37,952 nucleotides of DNA from Candidatus Nomurabacteria bacterium (GCA_023267375.1 JAHFNJ010000002.1:89634-127585); one strand, 5' to 3'; numbered from the stretch's first letter, positions 17,694 to 28,531 are shown. Notes: generated by a model from the sequence alone, not told the origin. Program-made: numbers and translations.

Positions 17694-19619
17694 ATGAGTA
17701 TGAAAATGAATTTTTTAAAATCTAACATGATACCTTCTTGGCACCTTGGTAGGGTGCCTGCGAAGCGAATTCGAGCTTTTTCAAGTCAACGCTTCGCGTT
17801 CTCGAAAAACTCGAATTCGGGTTTCTCAATTATTGAAATTATTTTAGCGGTTTCACTTTTTTCGTTTATTGCGACAGGAACACTTTCATCAACACTCTAC
17901 GGCGAGCATGCTCATGCAAAAGCGGGGGATCGTCGTCGGGCAACATTGATTGCTGACCAGACATTTGAATTTCTTCGTTCTATTCGTGATTCAGATAGTG
18001 GTTTTTCGGCTCTTGCGAATGGGGTATATGGTTTTGAGAAAGATAATGGAGGAGCTTGGACTTTGGTTCCTGATGTTCCAGATATTACTGATATTTTTGA
18101 ACGGACTGTCACGATTTCATCAGTTGATGATAATACAAAACAAGTCAATGCAACTGTTTGTTGGCCAGCAGATAATTGTGTTAACTCACTTTCGTTCGAT
18201 ACCTATTTCTCAAATTGGCATGGAAATTTTGGCACGCCAGGTGGAATTAAAATTGCAGTCTCGGGGGAAGGCCATGCGTATGTCATTACGACCAATAATA
18301 CACTTGAAGTTTACGATGTGAGTACTCCAGCTTCTCCGGTAAAAGTAGGTGAAGTGAGTCTCACTGGTGCAGGAAACGATTTACCAACAGCCCTTTTCTA
18401 TAGTAATGAAAAAGTGTACATAGCCTCGAGTGATATATCTGCACAGCTTCAGATTGTCGACGTGTCTACTCCCGCCAGCCCGGCACTTTTAGGAACACTC
18501 GCTATTTCGGTTGATGGTGATAGTAATGCTGTTGGTGATGGGGTGTGGGCTGGCAGTACTGGATATGTTTTTCTGATCGCTCATGACAGCGCTGGGACCA
18601 CTAGTCAATTTTTTATGATTGACGCGACTGATCCCGCGAATGCTTCATTACTGCTTGCAGGAGATACGTATACGACTGGAGATGAACAAACCCCTGGAGG
18701 TATTGATGTTGGGATAATATCTTCTGTTCCAACAATGTGCACAACTGAAGGTGGTTCACCAAATGAAGGGTATGTTCTCCACTGTTATTCGTTTAATTTT
18801 GCGACTCCTTCGTACACGCAGACCATAGCTGATGCTGATGTCTCTCTGGCGCCCTCGCGAACAATGACGATTCAAGATGGGCTCTATGCCATGACTCCTG
18901 GCGGAAAAGTTTGCGCAGGAACTTGTACGAGTCCGTATACTGTCTCTGAAAATGATATTTATGACATTGTGTATGTCACAAGGTCGGGGCGTCTCTACGG
19001 GTACGCTGCTGTTCCTGGAGACATCGATAGTGGACTTAAAGAGGTAGATGGGAATGACAATCCGCCAGTCATTATCACAGAAAGAGATACAGGAGGTACT
19101 TTCTCAAGTGTTGTTTTTGATTCGAGTACAACACCAAACTATATTTTTGGGACAAATAAAACTGGTTCAACACTGGGGTTGGTCTCATTTGCTCCGACAC
19201 CGGTAGGGATAAATATTTCTCCAAGTACGGGAATAGTCGCAGGGACGGTTAAGGGTGCAGGTGCTGTTCATTGTGATCCGACAACATATCCAAGTCCAGA
19301 TGATACCAGTTGCCCGACTACGTATACCCTGGAAAATGTTATTGGTGATTCCATAGATTATACCGTTTCCACTGCATCGACATGGATCACGCTTTCAAAA
19401 ACAAGTGGTACCATTTCTGGTGGGGGGTCTGATACTGTAGATATTTCAGTTGATGCTGCTGATGTAAATGCGGAAAATAGTGGAGATGGTTTATCTGAGG
19501 GGGTTCATATCGGGACGGTTCATTTTATGTATACGACGAGTGAAGGGTCTGCAGATATTTCTCGCACAGTAACGCTTACTGTTGATCCAGCATTAGGAAT
19601 AAACGTAGAAGCTGAATAA
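17694..19619 (+). CDS. Large minor pilin (GspI/PilV-like) with LVIVD-like beta-propeller and C-terminal BACON-like Ig domain
   Basis: G|FSIIEIILAV; LEVYDVSTPASP / LQIVDVSTPASP / MIDATDPANA repeats; YTVSTASTWITLSKTSGTI..TVDISVD. Confidence 0.85.
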   Translation: MSMKMNFLKSNMIPSWHLGRVPAKRIRAFSSQRFAFSKNSNSGFSIIEIILAVSLFSFIATGTLSSTLYGEHAHAKAGDRRRATLIADQTFEFLRSIRDSDSGFSALANGVYGFEKDNGGAWTLVPDVPDITDIFERTVTISSVDDNTKQVNATVCWPADNCVNSLSFDTYFSNWHGNFGTPGGIKIAVSGEGHAYVITTNNTLEVYDVSTPASPVKVGEVSLTGAGNDLPTALFYSNEKVYIASSDISAQLQIVDVSTPASPALLGTLAISVDGDSNAVGDGVWAGSTGYVFLIAHDSAGTTSQFFMIDATDPANASLLLAGDTYTTGDEQTPGGIDVGIISSVPTMCTTEGGSPNEGYVLHCYSFNFATPSYTQTIADADVSLAPSRTMTIQDGLYAMTPGGKVCAGTCTSPYTVSENDIYDIVYVTRSGRLYGYAAVPGDIDSGLKEVDGNDNPPVIITERDTGGTFSSVVFDSSTTPNYIFGTNKTGSTLGLVSFAPTPVGINISPSTGIVAGTVKGAGAVHCDPTTYPSPDDTSCPTTYTLENVIGDSIDYTVSTASTWITLSKTSGTISGGGSDTVDISVDAADVNAENSGDGLSEGVHIGTVHFMYTTSEGSADISRTVTLTVDPALGINVEAE

Positions 19620-19642
19620 GTGAGATGGTACACTAATATAAA

Positions 19643-22600
19643 ATGATAGAAAGAAGTAAAAAAAATATACAAAAAATAACGAATGTCTGGAAGGCATGCA
19701 TTTCAAAGTGGAATAATCTTGAGCAACATCATCGATTCTTTTTTTTCATCTCAGTTTTTACTCTGATTGCGGGAGGACTTTACTTTTTCGGCACACCGAC
19801 TCGTGCAGCGAACGAAACACTTTATTTTAGAGCAGGGAGTGGTAGTAACTGGAGTAATACAGCTAACTGGACATTAAACTCTGATTGTACTTCAAGTGGG
19901 GGACATGCAGTGCCGACAAATACTGATGCTGTTATTTTTGCTGCTTGTAGTCCTAGTGTTACTCTTGATGCAAGCACAGCAAAGGTGGCAAAAAGTATTG
20001 ATTTTACAAATTATACTGGAACAGCAACATTCAACGTAGGATTAACTGTTTCAGGAAATGTCACTCTTGGGGCCGGTATGACATTTGCTGGGTCTTCCTC
20101 GCTTACGGTAAGTACTACTTCAACAATTACTTCAAATGGTAAAACACTTGGTGTTCCTTTGCTTTTTTCAAACTCGGCCCCAACTATAACTCTTTCTGGA
20201 AATCTTACTACTTCAAGTAATGTAACTACCAATAACCCCTCAATTGCGATGGTTTTAAATGGTAGTAATTTGATTATCGGCGGGAATCTTACTGTATCAG
20301 GATCTGTTTCAGGTACAGCGGGAATTATTTTAAATGGTACAGGTACTTGGTCAGGAATTGGAGCCCTTTCCAACAATTTAACAATTAATACTTCGGGAAC
20401 CATTACTGTTTCCGGTACAGTTTCATATAATACCGGGTTGTTTACTTATACTTCTGGAACAATTGTGGGGGCAAGCACACCTGCTCTTGTTTCATCAACA
20501 GGAACTGCTCCTACTGGACAATCTGACTTGCTTACTAGAATTCCTTGGGTGGATATAACCTTAACTAGTGGACCTGCATGGACAATTCCTACTGGTTTAA
20601 CATTTCGTAATTTCACTATAAATAATACTAACACTACAATTACACTTTCTGGAACCACCACTCTTACGGGAAATGCAAACTTTGCTAATACATCTCTTGT
20701 TCCTACTTTAAACGGTGGAACTTTGAATGTTGCGGGTAATCTTAGTAATTCGAGTACTTTAAATGGTAGTGCAACAATTGTAATGAATGGAACAGGTACT
20801 TGGTCAGGTTCGGGAGCATTGAAGCCAAATTTAACCATTAACACTTCCGGTACAATAACAGTTTCAGGAACTGTTGGGTATAGCACTGGAACATTTGATT
20901 ATGTGGCAGGAACAATCGTGGGGGCAAGTACGCCAACCTTGTCTTCGACTAGTACACCACCAGGTGGTCAGTCTGAATTACTAACCGTAATTCCGTGGAC
21001 TGACATAACACTGGGAAACACTGGTGGAACGTGGAGTATTCCCGCAGGTCTTACTTTTAGAAATATTAGTTTGTCGTCTGTTAACACGACGATTACGTTA
21101 CTTGGTGATTTAATTGCAACAGGAAACGGAACATTGGGTAACAACGGAGCGATGACACTTAATGGAAATTCTTTCTATGTTGCCGGAAATTTAACATGTA
21201 ATGGTACAGGTACATCTGGAACTACAACCGTAGTTATGAATGGTACAGGTACGTGGTCTTCATCTGCAACAGGAACATTAAATAACAATCTCACTATAGA
21301 TACTTCCGGCACCATTACCGTTTCGGGAACTATTAGATACGGTGTCGGTACTTTTTCATATGTATCTGGAACAATCCTTGGAGCAAGTACACCAATTCTC
21401 GATTCACTCGGTGGTGCCCCCGGTGGGCAGTCTGACTTACTCACCATGATTCCTTGGATTGATATATCCTTACGCAATACTGCTGGTGCTGCGTGGACTA
21501 TCCCATCTGGATTGTCATTTAGAAATTTCACCACTACCACCACTATAAACTTAACACTTTCAGGAGATTTAATTGTCACTGGTAATTTAACAATGAGTAT
21601 GGCAAATGGAGCAACTACTACAATTAACGGGAATAATATGTATGTTGCTGGAAATTTGACACTCACTGGTTCAAGTTCAAGTACTGGAATTATAACTGGA
21701 ACTACAACTATTATATTGAATGGCACCGGTACATGGAGTCAATCAAGTACATCTTCAGGGGTTGGGGGGTTTAAGTCTAATTTGACTATAGATACATCAG
21801 GCACTATTACAATATCTGGAACAGTTTCGTATCGTGCTGGTACCTTTACATATAATGCTGGAACTATTGCTGGGGCAAATACTCCTAATATTTCATATAT
21901 TGCTGCTGCCACAACAACACTAAATGCTCCTTTTGTTTTTCCGGGCACAATGACATGGGTGGGCAATCAAACATTTAACGGAACAAGTGGTTTTACTATA
22001 AACACACTGACATCTACTTCAGCAGGAAGCACTTTTACTTTAGGAGCTGGAAATACTTATACGGTAAATAATGCACTCACAATGACGGGAACTTCTCCGT
22101 CCCACATAGTATTTCAGTCTGATTCTACGGGAAATTTTACGTATTTTAATCTTGGTAATAGTGCTACTCAAAATGTGCAGTATGTAAATGCGACTGATAT
22201 TGATTCATCGGGAGGACAGGCAATCTCTGATTCAAGTGGAATACTCACAAACACAATTAACTGGGGACTTTCACTTTTATATTTCGTAAATGGAGGAGTA
22301 AATAATAATTGGTCTTCATCTTCTAACTGGTCCACATCTTCCGGTGGGGCAGGTGGTCATGCACCGCCTGATAATACTGATACTGCAGTTTTTGATGTTA
22401 ATAGTCCTAATGTTACCATTGATTCACCTGCTGTTGCTCAGGTTGTTATATTTTCATCATACGGTGCACGTACTGCCACTTTCAATTCAACACTAACTGT
22501 TTCAGGAAATGTAACGCTTGGTTCAACTATGAGCTTTGCAGGAAGTTCAGCCCTTATTTTAAATAATACTTCAACAATTACGAGTAATGGAAAAACACTT

Positions 22601-25600
22601 GGAGTCCCACTGACACTGCAGGGAACTTCTCTAACTTATACTTTGAATGGAAATCTAACTGTTTCAGGTTTAGTTACTGCGTCTGGTACATCAAGCCAAA
22701 GTATCAATAGTGGTACTCTTATTGCGTCCGGTGGTTTTGATCAGAACACTTCCGCAACTTTAGGGGGAACTACCGTTATACAGCTTGCAGGTGGAATATG
22801 GTCAAATACTGGTGGGGGTGTTTTTAATAACACTCTTACACTTGCCGGTAATATCACAGTTTCAGGTACAGTAAAAAAGAGTTCCGGCACAATGACCTAT
22901 TCTTCTGGCACAATTACCACAACAGGTTCAACATTGAACATTACAGCAAGTATGTCAATTAATACCAGTGGAGTAATATGGAATGATGTATCAGTTTCTT
23001 CTGGTACACTTACTAATAATAGTACTACCAGCAGTGGTTTAAATATTTCAGGTGATTTAACTGGTGCTGGGGCACTTACGCAAGGGTCAAATTCAATTTT
23101 GACTCTTGGGGGACTTTCAAGTATAACGACATTTACTGCTAGTGGAACAGGAAACACGGTTGTGTATGCAAGTACTGGGGCAGATCAGACTGTGAGAAAT
23201 GTTACATACTATAACTTAACGATAAATAAATCAGGTTATACAGCTAATCTTTCAGGTACAACTACAATAAATGGTAGTTTAAATATCTCTGCCGGTACAC
23301 TTGATGTTACGGGCAGTAATTACAGCCTTGTTGTAAAGGGAACTTGGACTAATAACGGAACTTTTAATGCACAATCTGGCACGGTAACTTTTTCTGGAAC
23401 TGGTGCTCAGACTATCAATAGTGCGAATACCTGGTATGGACTTGCAATAACTGGTGGTAGTAGAACAGTCTCTTTCCAGTCGAGTGTTGCGCAAACAATT
23501 TCTGCGGGTGGTTCGCTTACATTAAATGGAACGGCGGGTAATGTTCTAACACTTGCACCGCTCACAGCTGCAACTTCATGGCAGTTGAATGTTGGTGCTG
23601 GAGTCACTCAATCAATTCTATATGTTTCTGTTTCATATTCAGATGCATCAGGAGGTGTTCAAATTGCCGGAGACTTAACCTGTGTTGACGGTGGACATAA
23701 CGTGAATTGGTCATTTGGAGCAGCTGGCTTTTCTATTTCTGGTACTACAAATGTAGGAAATGGTTCTGTTATTCGTGTGGCAATAAATAATACTATCGAC
23801 AGTAATCAGGCTACTGTTTCCGGAGGGGTATGGACTATAACAAGCGTAACTGCAACTTCTGGTGATATTGTTACTGTGTTTATAAATGGTGTTGCTGATG
23901 GTTATGAATCCACTGGTGTTACAAAATATAATGGTACGGGTGATATCACTGGGATGGTTCTTAATAGTAGCACTCTTTCCATAGGAAGTAGTCAAAATAA
24001 TACAATTACAATTTCAAATCTTTCCTCATATACTTCATCAAATGATGAAGATGTAATGCACTCGGTTTCTGGTGGCTCGTTTTTGGTGCAAGCTGTAAAT
24101 AATACATACATTAACCCAATACTTTCAATCTTGTCAGGGAATACGCTTACTGTGGGAAACACAGAAGCAGTGACCACGGGCAGAATAAATATTGCAGGTA
24201 CACTGACATCCGTTGGCAATGCATCGTATACATTAAATTCAGGGTCGGGAACTTTGTTTACCCGAACGGGAACATTTACCCAAGGCACGTCAACAGTGAC
24301 TCTTTCGGGAAATGGCGATGCAACTATTAATTCTGGAGCAATTACTTTTTATAATTTAACTTCAAGTGGTACTGGAGTGAAAAGTGTCCATGCTTCTAAT
24401 GCGATTACTTTTGATTCAGGGGGAACACTAACAGTGTCTGGTGGAACATTTGATCCTGTAACAGCATTAGTCGGATCTGGTTCAAATATACTTACAGTGG
24501 GTTCTGGAACTATTCGTGTACGAGGATCGACATTTACTGGTTCTTATCCATCTCAATTCTCAACTGTTAATTTAAATACTGGTTCAACAGTAGATTATTA
24601 TCTAAATGGTACCCAAACAATTTCAAGTGCACTTTCTCCTTACTATAATCTCACCATTTCAAGTGGCGGCACAAAGACCCTTGGTGGGGCAACTGTAGTT
24701 GGTAATGTGCTGACAATTTCTGCTGGAACACTTGATACAAGTGTTTCGAATTATGCACTCTCTACCTCAGACATTTCAATTAGTGGGACACTTCTTGGTC
24801 GCGGTTCGTTGATTACTGTTGGTGAAAACTGGATCAACAATGGAACATTTACTGCTGGAACATCAGAAGTGAAATTAAACACGGGCAGTACCGCACTCGT
24901 CTCCGGAGCCACAGATTTCTATGATCTCACTATTACTCATACTGGCGCAAAGGAGGTTAATTTTTCTACAAGCGATATTGTTTCTGTCTCAAGATATTTT
25001 GTGGTCAACGGACACTACAATGGACGGATTAAACTGTATTCTACGAGCGCGGGAACAAAGTGGCATTTTTATCCGACAGGTACCAGTACTGTCCAATATG
25101 CTGATGTGAAAGATGGTGGTTGTGAAGTTGGAGCAACAACAGTAAAACCATTCACCTCACTAAATAGTGGCAACAATGAATCTTGCTGGAATTTCTTCTT
25201 ATTAAAACCATTTACCTATAAAGTTACTAGTGCCAATACCGTTGAGGTGTACGATGCTGGAGCAGGAGGGACGGGGCATGGCGACATGGAGAATCCATAC
25301 CTTGCAAAAACAATCCAGCTCCCGGGTGACTATACAGAAGTACAACCAATAGCGATAACCATTGATTCTCGGTGGGGTAAATTGTATGTAACAACCACTG
25401 ATCCAGCTGGTGAAGTAGCAATTATCGATATAACAGATGATGACGTTGCAAATTGGGTATATGATTCATCAATCAATTTATCTATTAGTGGAAACACAAA
25501 TGTAACGGCAAATGATCTGTTTGTAGATCCAACGGGTACTGTGGTTGTTCTTGAGTCAACAAGTTCTTCTGGGGGTATCTATATGCAAGATACAAGTCTT

Positions 25601-26218
25601 AATTCTAGCGAGTATGTTCATTCAATAGGGGACTCTTCTGATATTGTCTTCGGTAGATATATGTTTTCTGGAATGTACAATAGTCAGGCAACATCAGGAT
25701 ATATCTATGTGTACAATAATCATGGTTTTGGGAATCACTTGTATGTGTATCCATACTACTCAGATGGGGATACGTTGCGCGTCGATGAAGTACCTTATGG
25801 CTTCTCTGGGTACGATAATCCTATGAGGTTGTCTGTGCATAATATTGTCGCCGGAAGTTTGTATCTTTCACTCGCAGCTGCGCCGAATACTGTCTATTTC
25901 TTTAGAGCTCACGCAGGGTCGCCCGAGTTACCATATACTGGTGTGTCATGGACAACATCAGGTTCGGTGCAAGTCGGGTCGGGGCCAAATGGGGTAACGA
26001 TCTTAGATCTCATTACTAGAAGAATTGGAGGCAGTGACTATATGTTTATCGCGGGAGGTGATGGATTGCTCTACAAGATCAGCAACTTCGCAAGCCCATC
26101 AATTTCAAATAATAATACGGTTACTAATGGACTAAAAAAACTAACATATGATTCAATTTCTGGAAAAGTTTTTGGTGTTTCTAATGTTGCTTCCGGAATC
26201 TATCCATTTAATCCATAA
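19643..26218 (+). CDS. Giant (2191 aa) T/S/G/N-rich beta-helical adhesin-like surface protein
   Basis: N-terminal TM/signal ending TRA; about 151-aa repeats (NGTGTWS at 20333, 20786, 21239, 21719); C-terminal propeller-like region. Confidence 0.85.
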   Translation: MIERSKKNIQKITNVWKACISKWNNLEQHHRFFFFISVFTLIAGGLYFFGTPTRAANETLYFRAGSGSNWSNTANWTLNSDCTSSGGHAVPTNTDAVIFAACSPSVTLDASTAKVAKSIDFTNYTGTATFNVGLTVSGNVTLGAGMTFAGSSSLTVSTTSTITSNGKTLGVPLLFSNSAPTITLSGNLTTSSNVTTNNPSIAMVLNGSNLIIGGNLTVSGSVSGTAGIILNGTGTWSGIGALSNNLTINTSGTITVSGTVSYNTGLFTYTSGTIVGASTPALVSSTGTAPTGQSDLLTRIPWVDITLTSGPAWTIPTGLTFRNFTINNTNTTITLSGTTTLTGNANFANTSLVPTLNGGTLNVAGNLSNSSTLNGSATIVMNGTGTWSGSGALKPNLTINTSGTITVSGTVGYSTGTFDYVAGTIVGASTPTLSSTSTPPGGQSELLTVIPWTDITLGNTGGTWSIPAGLTFRNISLSSVNTTITLLGDLIATGNGTLGNNGAMTLNGNSFYVAGNLTCNGTGTSGTTTVVMNGTGTWSSSATGTLNNNLTIDTSGTITVSGTIRYGVGTFSYVSGTILGASTPILDSLGGAPGGQSDLLTMIPWIDISLRNTAGAAWTIPSGLSFRNFTTTTTINLTLSGDLIVTGNLTMSMANGATTTINGNNMYVAGNLTLTGSSSSTGIITGTTTIILNGTGTWSQSSTSSGVGGFKSNLTIDTSGTITISGTVSYRAGTFTYNAGTIAGANTPNISYIAAATTTLNAPFVFPGTMTWVGNQTFNGTSGFTINTLTSTSAGSTFTLGAGNTYTVNNALTMTGTSPSHIVFQSDSTGNFTYFNLGNSATQNVQYVNATDIDSSGGQAISDSSGILTNTINWGLSLLYFVNGGVNNNWSSSSNWSTSSGGAGGHAPPDNTDTAVFDVNSPNVTIDSPAVAQVVIFSSYGARTATFNSTLTVSGNVTLGSTMSFAGSSALILNNTSTITSNGKTLGVPLTLQGTSLTYTLNGNLTVSGLVTASGTSSQSINSGTLIASGGFDQNTSATLGGTTVIQLAGGIWSNTGGGVFNNTLTLAGNITVSGTVKKSSGTMTYSSGTITTTGSTLNITASMSINTSGVIWNDVSVSSGTLTNNSTTSSGLNISGDLTGAGALTQGSNSILTLGGLSSITTFTASGTGNTVVYASTGADQTVRNVTYYNLTINKSGYTANLSGTTTINGSLNISAGTLDVTGSNYSLVVKGTWTNNGTFNAQSGTVTFSGTGAQTINSANTWYGLAITGGSRTVSFQSSVAQTISAGGSLTLNGTAGNVLTLAPLTAATSWQLNVGAGVTQSILYVSVSYSDASGGVQIAGDLTCVDGGHNVNWSFGAAGFSISGTTNVGNGSVIRVAINNTIDSNQATVSGGVWTITSVTATSGDIVTVFINGVADGYESTGVTKYNGTGDITGMVLNSSTLSIGSSQNNTITISNLSSYTSSNDEDVMHSVSGGSFLVQAVNNTYINPILSILSGNTLTVGNTEAVTTGRINIAGTLTSVGNASYTLNSGSGTLFTRTGTFTQGTSTVTLSGNGDATINSGAITFYNLTSSGTGVKSVHASNAITFDSGGTLTVSGGTFDPVTALVGSGSNILTVGSGTIRVRGSTFTGSYPSQFSTVNLNTGSTVDYYLNGTQTISSALSPYYNLTISSGGTKTLGGATVVGNVLTISAGTLDTSVSNYALSTSDISISGTLLGRGSLITVGENWINNGTFTAGTSEVKLNTGSTALVSGATDFYDLTITHTGAKEVNFSTSDIVSVSRYFVVNGHYNGRIKLYSTSAGTKWHFYPTGTSTVQYADVKDGGCEVGATTVKPFTSLNSGNNESCWNFFLLKPFTYKVTSANTVEVYDAGAGGTGHGDMENPYLAKTIQLPGDYTEVQPIAITIDSRWGKLYVTTTDPAGEVAIIDITDDDVANWVYDSSINLSISGNTNVTANDLFVDPTGTVVVLESTSSSGGIYMQDTSLNSSEYVHSIGDSSDIVFGRYMFSGMYNSQATSGYIYVYNNHGFGNHLYVYPYYSDGDTLRVDEVPYGFSGYDNPMRLSVHNIVAGSLYLSLAAAPNTVYFFRAHAGSPELPYTGVSWTTSGSVQVGSGPNGVTILDLITRRIGGSDYMFIAGGDGLLYKISNFASPSISNNNTVTNGLKKLTYDSISGKVFGVSNVASGIYPFNP

Positions 26219-26220
26219 AA

Positions 26221-26754
26221 ATGCGCACGAAATCTATTATGAGAAAAAAAATTACTAGAAATAACAATGCAGGCTTTACCCTAATCGAGCTCATGCTCTA
26301 CGCTAGTTTGGTAGCATTATTGACCTTGGGGATCGCATCTTTTTGGGATATTACCGTGCAAGCGGGTCTTAAAGATAAATCAATTTCAGCGGTGGAAGAA
26401 GAGGGCGGTTTTGCTGCTCAGGTTATTGCTGATAAAATTCAATCAGCTCGAGGAATCTGTTCTCCAGATTCAAGCGGAGAAGATTTGTCTACGTTGACCC
26501 TTGATTCTAATTGCGCAGTTCATACTGATGAGTATGTTTTTTTCTCTCTTGATAATGGTAAACTCACTATGTCATTGGGTGGGGATGATATCTATCTTAC
26601 TGATGCACGCGTTTATATCAGCTCGATACATTTCATAAATACGGGAGGAGTAAGTATTGAGTACTCGTTTACTCTGGAATCAGAAAGCTATTCAGCTGAT
26701 TCATCGTTTGGGTATTCAAAAACATTTTCTGGGGGAGGTACAATACGTGAATAA
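26221..26754 (+). CDS. Minor pilin, GspJ/PilW-like
   Basis: G|FTLIELMLYASL; position in cluster. Confidence 0.88.
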   Translation: MRTKSIMRKKITRNNNAGFTLIELMLYASLVALLTLGIASFWDITVQAGLKDKSISAVEEEGGFAAQVIADKIQSARGICSPDSSGEDLSTLTLDSNCAVHTDEYVFFSLDNGKLTMSLGGDDIYLTDARVYISSIHFINTGGVSIEYSFTLESESYSADSSFGYSKTFSGGGTIRE

Positions 26755-26773
26755 CATCTGGTAATTACCTATA

Positions 26774-27199
26774 ATGCAAACACAAATATCAAGTAAATAT
26801 CAAAGGTCAAAGGTCAGACATTCTGGTGGGTATGTAACACTGGTGCTCATGATTATTGTTGGGGCGATGGCTTTTGCGATTGCTCTCTCAGCTATTACCG
26901 GCGGGGTCTCGGCTGCAAAAACAGGATTTTCTTTTATGCAGTTATCGCAAGCACGTTCGTATGCGACAGGATGTGTTGAGCAGGCTTTGTATAAAGTACA
27001 TAATGGAGATATTGTGGTTGGGTCAACTGACACAGGTACGGACACGTTTAGTAATGGAACGTGCTCGTACTTTGCGACGGTTTCGGCATTAGGGGATATG
27101 ACGGTGAATGCTTCAGGTTTTTCCGTTCGTTCAAAGACGGATATCATTATTGAGGGTACAGTATCTGGAGGAAGAGTAACAATTACGAGTTGGCGCTAG
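26774..27199 (+). CDS. Minor pilin, GspK/PilX-like
   Basis: G|YVTLVLMIIV lacking Glu5; QARSYA.GCVE.AL pattern. Confidence 0.82.
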   Translation: MQTQISSKYQRSKVRHSGGYVTLVLMIIVGAMAFAIALSAITGGVSAAKTGFSFMQLSQARSYATGCVEQALYKVHNGDIVVGSTDTGTDTFSNGTCSYFATVSALGDMTVNASGFSVRSKTDIIIEGTVSGGRVTITSWR

Positions 27200-27308
27200 T
27201 AAATTGTCAGGATTTTATCCTGTTGATAACTTGTACTTGGTTTATAGGCTTATACAGCTTATAATTACACAGGTAGTTTACTAATTTTTGGATAGTATAT
27301 ATTTTTAC

Positions 27309-27854
27309 ATGAATAAACGTATTTTTTGTTTGAATTATAAAAAGAAACAAAGCGGTTTTACCCTCCTTGAACTTCTTTTAGTTGTGGCAGGGATTGCTAT
27401 CTTGGCAACACTTATTTTCGTTGTGCTTAAACCAGGTGAGACACTAGGTCAATTCCGCGATGCAAAACGTGAATCGGATCTTCATGCACTCATGAGTGCT
27501 ATGGAGATGTACGCTTTTGATAATAATGGCAATGTGCCCGACAGTGCTTCTACTGGTTGGGATGTTGATGATACTCCTGTTGCTATTTGTACAGGGACGA
27601 GCGCGGATCTTCCGACTGAGAATGGTGGCACAGGGGATGATGCGACGACCTGTGATCTTGGTTTTGTTGATTTGCTGACGGGGGCGGAATATCTAACAAA
27701 AATACCAACGGACCCTGGCACTGGATCAACTTCTGTTTCTGATGGTGATACTGGATATACAGCCGAAATTGATTCGACTGGGCTGGTTACCCTTACGGCC
27801 ACTGATTCTAGTGGTGATCCAATCACGGTTATCGGTAAGTTCACTCATCCGTAA
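27309..27854 (+). CDS. Type IV pilin (probable major pilin, GspG-like)
   Basis: G|FTLLELLLVV, RDAKRESDL..L..A.EMY..DN.G..P, YL..IPTDP; TATAAT at about 27260 suggests its own promoter. Confidence 0.9.
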   Translation: MNKRIFCLNYKKKQSGFTLLELLLVVAGIAILATLIFVVLKPGETLGQFRDAKRESDLHALMSAMEMYAFDNNGNVPDSASTGWDVDDTPVAICTGTSADLPTENGGTGDDATTCDLGFVDLLTGAEYLTKIPTDPGTGSTSVSDGDTGYTAEIDSTGLVTLTATDSSGDPITVIGKFTHP

Positions 27855-27881
27855 TCGATTAAGGGCTTTTGGTTCGTCTAA

Positions 27882-28451
27882 ATGCAAGAAACTATAATTG
27901 CAGATAAAAAAATAGTACTCTGGCTTCTTGGTCTGATTGGTCTCATCGTGCTCGTCTACTTATTCCTCCCACATCGGGGTCACTTTTCGCGTACAAATGA
28001 GGATATTCAAGCAAACAAAGCCTCAAATACTACTCAAAAGACTGCGGGGGTAGTACTTTTTCATCAAGGAGTACTTTCTGGTTCTGATCAGCAAGCATAC
28101 AATGAGGTTCTCTCTTGGACTACGGTCTCAGTCAGCAATCAACCTTCACTTGTAAAAAACCCCCAATCTATCAAATTACCGGTTGGTTGGACTGCTCGTG
28201 AGGACTATATAAGCTCTGTCATCCCGCAAAACCTTCCCAAGAAGGTTTTGAACTCTCGGTCAATCATAATGCGTCCTCCCGAAATGAAATCTTTATCTCG
28301 AGAGGATGCCATTTTTACTATTTCGGAGCTATCGGACCCTTATTTTATAGATCGTTGCCATAAAAATCAGGCGAGTGGGGAGATTCTTTGCTATGGCGGG
28401 ACAAATCCCGACACGAAACATGTCTTTGACCTACTAGTCTCCTTCAAGTAA
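27882..28451 (+). CDS. Membrane-anchored hypothetical protein, paralogue of 6515..7048
   Basis: N-terminal TM; AREDY, LSREDAIFT, CYGGTNP motifs. Confidence 0.8.
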   Translation: MQETIIADKKIVLWLLGLIGLIVLVYLFLPHRGHFSRTNEDIQANKASNTTQKTAGVVLFHQGVLSGSDQQAYNEVLSWTTVSVSNQPSLVKNPQSIKLPVGWTAREDYISSVIPQNLPKKVLNSRSIIMRPPEMKSLSREDAIFTISELSDPYFIDRCHKNQASGEILCYGGTNPDTKHVFDLLVSFK

Positions 28452-28531
28452 ACCAAAATTAGGCTATTTTACATATAGACTGTCAAACCTCTTTTCCTAA
28501 AAAACCCTTATAAAATAAGGGTTTTTTAGAT

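Noticed and set aside
20011-25421. Many antisense ORFs and possible CRISPR-like periodicity in the giant gene
   Set aside because: Shadow ORFs of a low-complexity gene; the repeats are protein-coding and degenerate
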